Shown here: one piece after another, positions 32,179 through 44,100 of the stretch
Position numbering within the stretch: position 1 is the first letter of the stretch
How the letters are laid out: each line of letters starts with the position of its first letter
DNA from: Mobula birostris
Lineage: Eukaryota
NCBI RefSeq assembly: GCF_030028105.1
Contig: NC_092383.1
Span: forward strand, 87,687,921 to 87,751,920
Length of the DNA stretch: 64,000 bases
Reading direction: 5' to 3'
Notes under the pieces: generated by a model
Told to the model about the DNA's origin: nothing
Databases searched by the model: none
The model's input: only the letters and a program-made list of their open reading frames with translations
Program-made: the position numbers and the translations under genes

Positions 32179-35100
32179 GTAAGCAAAACAATTACAATGG
32201 TGTTCCATCTGGAATGTTAAGAGGAATTAATTTATTAACTCTGTCCCATACTTATAAAATGACTTTTAAAGCTTATGTTTCATATTTGACAAGTCTTGCA
32301 TTACCTTATTAGTCAGTGATATGAGTGGGTGTACTCATTAAAGTTGATGCTGTCAAAATCAGTTTGATTTTAACAATCTAGGATGACCAATCAACCTACC
32401 AACATACTAGTTGGTAGATAACTTGGTTATTGTAAATTGTCTAGTGATTAGGCTAGGACTAAGTCAGGGGATTGCTGGGTGGTGCAGCTGGGGCGGGGGG
32501 GGAGGCATGAGGACCTTCTCTGCCCTGTATCTCAATAAATAAAATAAAATTAAATATGTGTTTTAATTCTCATTAAAGTTTAAAAATTGAAGGAATACTT
32601 ACTTTCATGTAGCAATTTTTTTATGATCCCTAATGTCTTTATGCTTACAGAAACATATAAAACCTACAGCACAATATGGGCCCTTCGGTCCACAAAGCTG
32701 TGCAGAACATATCCTTACCTTAGAAATTACCTAGGGTTACCCATAGCCCTGTGGTATATAGAGTAATTGTTATAATGTAAGACATAGAACATAGAGCATA
32801 GAATAGCACAGCTCAGGAACAGACCTGTGCCGACAATGTTGTGCCAAACCGATTAAATTAGTAATCAAATGGCCAGCTAAATTAATCTCCTCTGCCTACA
32901 CAATGTCCACATCCTTCCATTTCCCTCACATTCTTGTGCCTATCTAAATGTCTCTTAAAGAATCCCTAATGTATTTGCCTCTACCACCACCCCAGGCAGC
33001 ACCCAACCCACTCTCTGTGTAAAGAACTTGCCCCTCACATCTCCAAAGATATTATCCCCTCTGCAAATCTTCAAGCTTTCACAGACAGCAATATAATAAT
33101 GACCAGATATTCCTTCATACTCTACTGATTATTACCGAGGAATAACTATCACTCTTTCCTATAAGTAGCATGTCCTGCAGTAGGTGAGCGGTGGATGAGA
33201 TACCTATTACTAGGAGCTCTAAGCAAACAAAGAGATTTACCTTTGAAGGCACTCTGTCAGGCAAGTCATGGCTTTTCACTGTGATCCTGATTGGTGCCTT
33301 GTAGATGCAGCTATGATTTTGTGAAAATTAATAAGGTAACCCATCCATTTGTTTGTAACCAGTGTTGATGTGGCTGAAGTGGATTACTTCTTGTCACCAA
33401 TTCCCCCTGATTTTGATAATAAATAGGGGGACTTTGCTTTATCAAGGAGTGTTTTGGCTTTCTCCTGTTGGAGATGTTCTTCAGGTATTACAATGAAATT
33501 TTGGATATTAAGGGAATCAGGGGGTACAATAGGTGCAGACACACCCAACCCTGAGACAGGGTGCAAGGTTATTTGATTCCAAACAATTGGTTTATTGATC
33601 ATTGCAGAATGTCTCTCTGGTGCTTCCCACTCCCTGCCCTCTTCCTTTCCCTTTTCCCTACCGTAATTCTCTTCTCCCTGACCCCTTCCCACTCTCAATC
33701 TACAATAAAGACCCATATCAGAATCAGGTTTATCAACACTCACGTATGTCATGAAGTTTGTTTTTTTTTGCTGCAGCAGTACAGTGCAATACATAAAATT
33801 AGCACAGTACTTGTGCAAAACTCTTAGGCACCTTAGCTATATAAATGTGCCTAAGACTCCTGCACAGAACTGCATTGGCGCACATTTTATTCCATATTTG
33901 TACTTTAACCTCTAACTTTACTTTTTATAAAGTTCTTTATTCGTTATTGTTGGATGGTGTTGTTTTTCTGCTGCATGTCGCACCAACACACCATAGCGAA
34001 TTCCTAATATATGTAAATGTATTGGCGAATAAATTTGATCCTTGAGACAGGATGGAATCAAGCCTTTTGACCCAACGCCTCCTGGTTAGGATTTATCACT
34101 CTCATCACCATGAGCCAGATTCAGTTCTCGGTCAGGGAATCAAGTTGTTGGGTTTATTGAGTCATAAATCTTGTAGTTACAGCCATTTCATTAGGTGTTC
34201 ATTACATCTATGCTGGTCCCACTTGCCCAGGTGTAATACTTTCTAACTGTGGTATAGAGTTTTTCAGCAGTGATCACAATGAGCATCCAGAAGAAAGAGA
34301 AGAAGAGGTGGTGGGAGGCAGAATCGGAATCAGCTTTATTATCACTGAAATATGGCATGGAATTTGTTGTTTTCCAGCAATAGAGCACTGAAGTACAGAC
34401 AGAAATCACGAGCTACATAAGAAGTATAAAAATAATCAATGAGTAGTGCAAAAAGAGAGCAAGATACTGAAGCAGTCCTCACGGGCTCATGGGCCGTTCA
34501 GAAATCTGATGACACAGGGGAAGGGGCTATTCATAAAATGTCAGGTATCTTTCTTCAGGCTCTTGTACTTCCTCTGTGACGGTGGTAATGGGAAGAGGGC
34601 ACGTCCTGGGTGGTGAGGCTTCTTCAGGACAGATATAAATTTTCTCAGGCTTCACCTTTTGAAGATGCCCTTGATGCTGGGGCATTTGTTAAATGCATCA
34701 GGCCCCACAACTTAAAAAAGAAGTTACAGGCTCCAGCTGTGATTGAGAAACTAGCCACTGGCAAACTTCCCAGCAATGCTGGTTAAAGTCTATGTCAGTG
34801 ATCATTTGTTTCCCAACTGGGGAGGGCGCAGTGGTTCAATGTTTAGAAACATGCTGATGTCCTGCAAATTACACATTTCCCACAAACATGCCAATGGATA
34901 GAAGGAACATTGAAGTGTGTTCAGCTCACTCTTTGTTCACAACCTAGAGTAGGACAAGATTCAAACAATTTGGAAATGACTGAGGAGTGGGAAATCAGTC
35001 TCTTAAGTGCAGATGGCTGCTTGCCTGAATCAGATTGAAACAAGTGACATGTCAATGTCAAGGCAAATTGTTTGACGTCCTGATTCAGCTAATGTGCCTG

Positions 35101-38100
35101 AATTCAACCTTGGACGGTGAACACCCTCTAGGTCATCTGTTAAATCACCTAGCTTGATTAGATGGCTTGCAATGAAACAATGCAGGAAGCCATCTTCCAG
35201 CTCTGTGATGACTCGTTGCAAATTAATTGGCCCAAAATTGCCATGATTCATTCTTCTTCAACTGCTTTTTTTGAGGACAGCAGTTAAATCCAAGCCTTAT
35301 TCTATTCAGAACATAATTAAAAGGCAAAGGTTTTACTTATCTTACATGTTCGGCACCCTACCAGAAAGCACCAGGAGCTTCCTTTAATCTTCTGATTAAT
35401 TTGCTCATGTAATCTTCAACTGTATTTACTTCAATGCTTTATCTGAATCTCTGATATGCACAGAGTTCTCATGGTTCAGAACCCCAGGATCCCAAAACAA
35501 TGTCTGCTCTTCTCTTCATTTCCAGTCCTGGTGAAGGATCTTGGCCCAAAATGTCAATTGTTTATTCCTTTCCATAGATGCTGCCTGACCTGCTGAGTTC
35601 CTCTGTGTGTTCCTCTGGATTTTCAGCACCTGAGGAATTTCTTGTATTTATTCTGTACTATCTGTCTTCTCTCATTAAAAGAAGATGTCCCAACCTCTCT
35701 CTCTGCTAATCCATACAAAACAACTTTCATTACAGACCTCATCAACTCTGGAGATCTCCCATTCAGTGCCACCAAATTCATAGTTCCTTTACCCTTCACT
35801 GCTTGCTTCTACCTCCTACGTAAGATCCACAAACCTGACTGTCCTGGTAGGTCTATTGTTTCTGCCTGCTCCTGCCCCCCTGTCCTCATGCCTCAACTCC
35901 ATTCTATCCCCCTTGGTTCAGTTCCTTCCCACCTATATCCACGGCACTTCACATGCTCTTGATCAGTTTCACCTATCACCTTGTGTTTCTCTCTCCCCTC
36001 CCTCACATTTTTAAATCTAATCCTCATCTTTTTTTTCTCCAGTCCTGCCAAAGGGTCTTGGCCCAAAACTTCGACTGTACTCTCTTCCACAGATGCTGCC
36101 ATTTTGTGTGTGTTGCTCTGGATTTCTAGCATCTGCAGATTTTCTCTTGTTTGTAATAAACTCCCACTGATAACTGCATGCACATTCTTGTAAGATTTCT
36201 GGTCCAATATTTTTGGGTGCAGACCCTAAGCCAGTTTGTCAGAGAGACCATGATAAAAAAGAAAGGTTGGAAATAGGGATTTTCTCTTTGGAACAAAGGA
36301 GGATGAAAGGTGACTTCATAAAGGTGTATAAGATGACAAAGGGTATAAACAGAGTGGGCAGCCAGCTCCTTTATCCCATGGCAAAAATGGCTAACATGAG
36401 TGGGCATAATTTTAAGATGATTATAGGAAAGTGTAGGGAGGATGTCACAGGTAAGGTTTTTTTTGCATAAAGAGTGGTGGATATGTGGAACACAGGGCCA
36501 AGGGTAATAGAAGAGGTAGATATATTCAGGACATTCAAGGAAATCTTAGATAGGCACATGGGTGAAAGAATAAAGAAGGGTTATTTGGGAGAGAAGCATT
36601 AGAATGACCTTGGAGTGGGCGAAAAGATCAGCACAACATTGCTCTCATTGTTCTCTGAAAATAGAGTCACAGGTAGACATGGAACCATGTACCTGAATTC
36701 CAAGATCCCTCTGTTCTATAGCACTACCATTTACTGTGAAAGTACTATTTTGATTTGACTTTCCCAAATGCAATGGCTGACACTCAGCTAAATCAAACTC
36801 CATAAACTATTTAGTTCATGAGGTTCACGCGAGCAAAGCACTTCGTGGCAGCAGGTTATCTATCACAATAAACTAATCTGAGTCTGGAACTAAACCAGAG
36901 TGAAGTGCTTGGCTGAAAACAAATGAATTCTCTTGCCATCCTCTCCCTTTGCCTGGCAAAGCAGGAAATAGCTGAACTTTGAAGATGAAGAATAATTTAT
37001 GAACATGCTTGGGTGGCAATATCCCTTTCCAGGAACAGCATGGATACAATGGGCTGAATGGCCTTTGATGTGGTAAAATACTGTGATGTAAGTAGTGCTG
37101 TTACCTGATTGCCAGCACAAGCTCTCCGTGATTTAAAATTGTACAGGAGCTAGAAAGCCCGTATCACCACGATCAAGTGCAGCTTCCATCTCACTGTTAT
37201 AAGACCATAAAACTTCAAGACATAGGAGCAGGACTAGGCCGTCCAGTCCAGTGAGTCTGCTCCACCATTCCATCGTAGCTGGTTTATTATCCCTCTCAAT
37301 CCCATTTTCATGCCCGCGCCCTGTAATTTTTGACACCCTGACTAATCAGGAACCTATCAACCGTGCTTTAAATATACTCAACGACTTGGCCTCCACAACC
37401 GTCTGTGGAAAAGAATTTAACAGATACAATAACATGTGGCTAAGATAATTCCTCCTGATATCTGTTCTAAATGGATGTCCCTCTATTCTGAGGCTGTGCC
37501 CTCTGGTTCTAGACTCCCCACTATTGGAAATGTCCTCGCCACATTTACCCTCTCTGGGCCTTTTAGCATTCAATAGGTTTCTATGAGATCACCCCATTCT
37601 TCTGAATTCCAGTACATACAGGCCCAGAGACATCAAACATTCCTCATATGTTAACCTTTCATTTCTGGAATCATTCTCATGAACCTCCTCTGGACCTCTC
37701 CAATGCCAGCATATCTGTTCTTCAATAAGACTAGAACTACACACAAAACTCCAAGTGCAGTCTGACCAATGCCTTATAAAGTCTCAGCATGACATCTTTG
37801 CCCTTTTATTCCAGTTCTCTCAGAATGAATGCAAACATTGCATTTGCCTTCCTCACCACCGACTCAACCTGCAAGTTAGCCTTTAGGGAATCCTGTTTGA
37901 GGACTACCAAGACTCGTTGCACCTCTGAATTTGAATTTTCTCCCTGTTTAGAAAATAGTCTATGCCTTTAATCCTTTTACCAAAGTGCATGGGCATATAC
38001 TTCCCTACACTGTTTCCATCTGCCACTTCTTTGTCCATTCTCCCTATCCGCCTGTCCATCAGCAGGCTCTCTCCTTCCTCAACACAACCTGCCCCTCCAC

Positions 38101-41100
38101 CTATCTTCATATTGTCTGCAAATTTCACCACAAAGTAATCAGTCCTGTCATGTTCCCGATGTTGGGGAAGTCCAGAACGAGGGGTCACAGTTTGAGGATA
38201 AAGGGGAAGCCTTTTAGGACCGAGATTAGGAAAAACTTCTTCACACAGAGAGTGGTGAATCTGTGGAATTCTCTGCCACAGGAAACAGTTGAGGCCAGTT
38301 CATTGGCTATATTTAAGAGGGAGTTAGACATGGGCCTTGTGGCTAAAGGGATCGGGGGTATGGAGGGAAGGCTGGTACAGGGTTCTGAGTTGGATGATCA
38401 GCCGTGATCATACTGAATGGCGGTGCAGGCTCGAAGGGCCGAATGGCCTACTCCTACACCTATTTTCTATGTTTCTATGTCATCCAAATCAGTGACATAT
38501 AACAGAACAGAACACCATTATTTACCATCAGCCATCCAGAAAAAGCTTCCTATTTCTTACTCCTTGCCTCCCACCAATCAGCCAACTTTCTATCCATGCT
38601 AGTATCCTTCCTATACTACTATGGGCTCTTAGCTTCTTTATCAGCCTCATGGGTGACTCCTTGTCAAAGGCCTTCCAAAAATCCAAGTAAATGACATCCA
38701 CTAACTCTCCCTTGTCCATCCTTCTTGCTACTTCCTCAAGAATTCAAACAGATTTGTCAGGCAAGATTCCCTTAAAGAAAACCATGCTGACTTTGGCCTA
38801 TTTTATCATGTGCCTCCAAGTATCCTGAAACCTCATTCTTAAAAGTGGATTCCAACATCTGGAGTCCTGGCCTCCAATTTCCTTTCTTCCACCTCCATCC
38901 CTTCTTAAAGAGTAGAGAGACATTTGTAATTTTCCAGTCTTCCAGAGCCATTCCAGAAAGACCATTTCCGATCAAAGTTCGAAGTAAATTTATTTCCCAT
39001 GTACATACTCTATATGTCACCATATACAACACTGAGATTTTTTTCTTACTGGCATACTCAGTAAACTGAAGAAACATAATAGAATCAATGAGACTGCACC
39101 CAACAGGATGAACAAAGAGCCAATGTGCAAAAGGCAACAATCTCTGGATCTGCTCGTTAGCCTCTGGCTATATGCAGGTAGGAGAAGAACAGCCAGGCGA
39201 TCAGATTTCCCAAAATGTGGTCTGGGCATGGAACAGTAGGTGTTCTTTACCATAGTATAGCAGTGTTGGGACCCCTGGTGCTGTAGTAGGCTGTATGCTG
39301 ATGATAATCGGGCAGCGATTTTCTCAAACAATCCTGATTGAACTTCCTGACCATGATTTGAAATTTGTCTGGGCGGACTGTTTCTTGTTTGGCGATGGCA
39401 GTATTCAATATTTTGAGCCCCTGATTAGTGTCCTCTTTTGGTGGTATGTAAACTGCTGTCAAGATCACAGCGAAGAACTCTCCTGGTAAGTTGAACAGTT
39501 GGCACTTAATCATTAGATTTTTCAAGTCAGGGGGAATGAGAGTGCAACAAAATTGCCACATCTGAGCACCACAAAGCGTTTATCATGAAACACAGACAGC
39601 ACCCCTCCCAACCCCTCCCACCTTTAGCCTTCTCTGAAACAGCAGTTCAGTCTATCTGTAATGTTGAATCAGATTTGTGGGTTCGGCTAATGATATAGAA
39701 AGCACAAATGATATAGAAAGGAAATTATTGTCCAGTTAGCCTAATCTCAGTGGTTGGGAAAGCGTTGGAGTCTATTATTAAGGGTGAGATTTCAGGGTAC
39801 TTGGAGACTAATGTTAAAATAAGTCAAAGTCAGCATGGTTTTTGTAAAGGGAAATCTTGCCTGACAAATCTGTTAGAATTCTTCAAGGAAGTAACAAGCA
39901 GGGTGGCCAAAGGAGAAGCAGTGGGTGTCATTAACTTGCATTTTCAGAAGGCATTTGATAAGGTGCCACATGAGGCTGCTTAACTAGATAAAATCTTATG
40001 GCATTACCAGAACGATACTGACGTGGATAGCGGATAGCAGAGAGGCTGACAGGCAGAAAGCAGCGAGATGGAATAAAAGGGGCCTTTTCTGGTTGGTTGT
40101 CTGTGACTAGTGGTGTTCCCCAGGGGCCAGTATTGGGACTGCTACTTTTCATATTGTTTGTCCATGATTTAAATAATGGAATTGATGACTTTGTGCCAAA
40201 GATTGTGAATGATACGAAGATTGCTGGAAGGGTAGGTAGTATTGAGGAAGCAATGCAATTGCAGCGGGACTTAGACAAATTGGAAGAACGGGCAAAAAAA
40301 GTGGCAGATAAAATACGGTGTTCGGAAATATATGATGATACATTTTGGTAAAAGGAACAATAGTGTGGACTATTATCTAAATGGGGAGAAGGTTCAAACA
40401 TCACAGGTACAGAGGGACTAGGAGTCCTTGTGCAAGACTCCCAGAAGGTTAATTTACAGGTTGAGTCTGTGGTAAAGAAGGCAAATGCAATGTTGGCATT
40501 TATTTCAAGGGGAATAGAATATAAAAACAAGGAGATAATGCTAAGCCTTTATAAGACACACTAATCAGGTCACACTTGGAGTATTGTCAACAATTTTGGG
40601 CCCATATCTCAGAAAGGATGTGTTGTCATTGGAGGAGTCCAGAGGAGGTTCACAGGGATGGTTCCAGGAACTAAGGGGTTAACATAAGAGGAACATTTGG
40701 CAGTTTTGGGCCAAATTCTCTAGAATTTAGAAGAATGCAGGACATCTCATTGAAACCTACTGAATGTTGAAAGGACTAGAAAGGGTGGATGTGGAGAGGA
40801 TGTTTCCAATGGTGGGGCTATCCAGAACTAGAGGGCACAGCCTCAAAGTTGAGGGGTGATCTTTTATAATGGAAGTAAGGAGGAATTTTTTTTTTAGCCA
40901 GGGATTAGTGAATCTGTGGACTGTTCTGCCACAGGCTGTGGTGGAGGTCAAGTCCATAGGTATATTTAAGGTGGAGGTTGATCATTTCCTGATCGATCAG
41001 GACATCAAAGGATATGGCAAGAGGGCAGGTGTATGGGGTTGAGTGAGATCTGGGATCAGCCATGATGGGACAGCAGAGTGGACTCGATGGGCTGAATGGC

Positions 41101-44100
41101 CTAATTCTGCTCCTAGGTCTTATGGTCTTCTGGTCTCCATGAATAGGTATATTAGACATTAATTTACAAAGAGTAAAACATTCGATGAAACATTTACAGT
41201 ATGTTCTCCAGGTTACAGACACTAAAAAGCTGAATATTCAACAAACATTACTTAGCTAAAAGAGTGCACAGAGCATACCTTCCCAACGGCCATGTGCACC
41301 TTTGAGTTAAACAAAAGAGGAGAGAGCAAGCCCCTTCCACGTGCTATTTTATATAGTCAGGATATATGAAACTGGACACCAAGGCAGCTAACCAATGAGA
41401 AAAGCAGCTGCAGTTTCTAAACTAGACAATCACAACAGAACCAACTTTTGACCATCAGAAGAAGGCATGCCCCCACAGGACACCATCCTGTATATCAAGA
41501 AGTCAGTAGGTATTACTGATGTACCCAGCGTGAGCAGAGTGCCATATCTCCATGAAACACAGACCACAGCAATTCCTCATTTCTCTCCAGTACAGCAACG
41601 TTGCCCCTAGGTGCTCAATCTTGTTCTCCAGCAACTGTACAATTGATGACATGATAGAGAGAGTTTCATTCAGACTGTTTCAGCCTGACTTGGAGTCCTC
41701 CCCTCCTCTCTCCCTTCCAACCAGGGCAATATACCTTCATCTGCTTAAAGGTGCCAAACCTACATGCTTGAAGGTTAAGTCTGCCGATTCCTTCAGAAGA
41801 TTGTGAAATTACTAGTTCATTAAGATCATTTAAAAGTATGTGGCTTAAAGGGAAATTTAATGATCTATTATCATCACTGCCTATCAAGGGTTCATTTATC
41901 TTAAGCTCCCTAATCAAATCTGGTTTATTACACAATACCCAATCCAGAATTGCCTTTTCCTAAGTGGGCTCAACCACAAGATGTTCTCAAAAACCAAGTG
42001 GTAGGCATTCTATAAATACCCTCTCTTGGGCTCCAGCAACAACCTATTATTCCCAATCTACCTGCATACTGAAACCCCCATGATTATCGTAATATTCCCC
42101 TTTTTACACGCCTTTTCTATCTCCCATTGTAATTTCTATCCCACATCCTGGCTACTGTTTGGAGGCCTGTATATAACTCCCTTCAGGGTCCTTTTACCCT
42201 TGCATTTTCTTAACTTTACCGACAAGAATTCTACATCCGTGATCCTATGTACCTCTTTCTAGATTTTTTTTTAACCAACCCAGCCACCCAACCCCCCAAC
42301 CCCTCTGCCTAATTGTCCTTTCTATACAATATGAATCCTTAGATGTTAAGCTCCCAGCTAGGATCTTCTTTTAGCCACGACTCAGTGATGCCCACAATGT
42401 TGTACCTGGCAATCTTTAGCAGCACTACAAGATCATCTGTCTTATTCCATAAATTGCATGCAATGAAATATAACACCTTCAGTCCTGTGTTCATCACCCT
42501 GTTAGATTTTGCTCCCATGTTACACTTCAACTTTGCCCTATCATCTGCCTGCACTTCTTTACAGTAACACCACACACTGCATCCGCTTATATACCAACTG
42601 CCCCATCCTCTGGTTCCCATCTCTCTGTCAAATTAGTTCAAGCCCTCCCAACAGCAGTAGCAAACCTGCCTGCAAGGATATTGGTCCCCCTTGGGTTCAG
42701 GTGTAAACTGTCCTTTTTCTGCAGGTCACACTTGCCCCAGAAGAGAACTCAGAGATGCTGCCCCTGAACAAATTGCTCAGCCACGCATTCATCTGCCAAG
42801 TCACCCTATTCTTATCTCCATTGTCATGTGGCATAGGCAGCAATCCAGAGATTATGCCTGGAGGTCCTGCTTTTCAGCTTTCTTCCAAGCTCCCTATATC
42901 CTCTCTTCAGAATCTCCTCCCTTTTCCAATTGTGTTGTTGGTACCAATATGTACCACGACTTCTAGCTGCTCACCCTCCCCTTTTAGAATGGTGTGGACC
43001 CAATCCAAGACACTCTGACCCTGGCATCTGATAGGCAACCTACCGTTCAGGTATCTGAAGCATGTCCATAGAATCTTGTGCCTACCCCTCTAACTATGGA
43101 AACCCCTATCACTATTGCACTTTTCTTTTCCACTCTTCCCTTCTGAGCCACAGAGCCAGCTGACTGGCTTTTTAAGGGTTACTAGGTTGCGCAAGAGACT
43201 GTATGTCATAGCACCCATTAAGCTAAGAAGCCTGCGGCTATCTTTTGCTCATCCACGTCATTTGCCTTACAATACAGTTCAACTCTCTCGATATATGACC
43301 TCCAGCCTTCAGTAGCACTATTAAACTTTGACTAAAGCTATTGCTATGTTTCACTGTGTTCTACGCAGTTACTCACGCGACCCTTTGTTAGTGTCTGTGG
43401 CGGCCTTCTCTGTACTGTTTAACTCTCTCCTCTCACTGTCTCATCCTGTAACTGTCAGTGCAGTTCATGATATTTTCTGACATTCAGGTTCATGCACATT
43501 GCCAACTCGTTGTGCCTTTGCAACTACACATCAATAAAATAAAAGCACGTATATGGGAGATGGCTTTAACTGGTGTATTCGCATTGCAGTGAGAGAGATG
43601 GAACAATACGCATGCATAGCCAACAGGTCAATGTGCATGTGTAGACAACGGGTCAGTATACATGCATAGACACAGATCAATATACATGCATAGACACAGA
43701 TCAATATGCATGCAGAGACAGTCCATACCTAGTGCTAAAGGGAGTCATTGCTCTAAAAGGAATAGGTCCATACATTACATTTATTATTGAGGGGAACGGC
43801 CATGGGGACACTCTGTACTGACTCGTCTTCCATTTTCCTCTCCTGGCCGTCACCCAGGTATCTCCCTTCTGCAACTTAGGGTCACTACCTTCCTGTAGCT
43901 CCTACCCATCACTTTTTCATTCTTCCATATGAACCGGAAGTCATCACACTCCAGCTCCAGTTTCTTAGCACAGTGTCTAAGGAACTGCACTCAAATTATT
44001 TTCAGATTCTTGAGCAGATCTCTTGTAAAGTACAATGGACCCTTGGCCTCGCAGCTACCTTGTTACGATCTTGCACTTTATCATTCACTTGCACAGCAAT

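Noticed and set aside
43780-43830. RGTAMGT resembling the Penelope RT GxAMG motif
   Set aside because: The flanking residues do not continue the RT consensus, so it could be chance.
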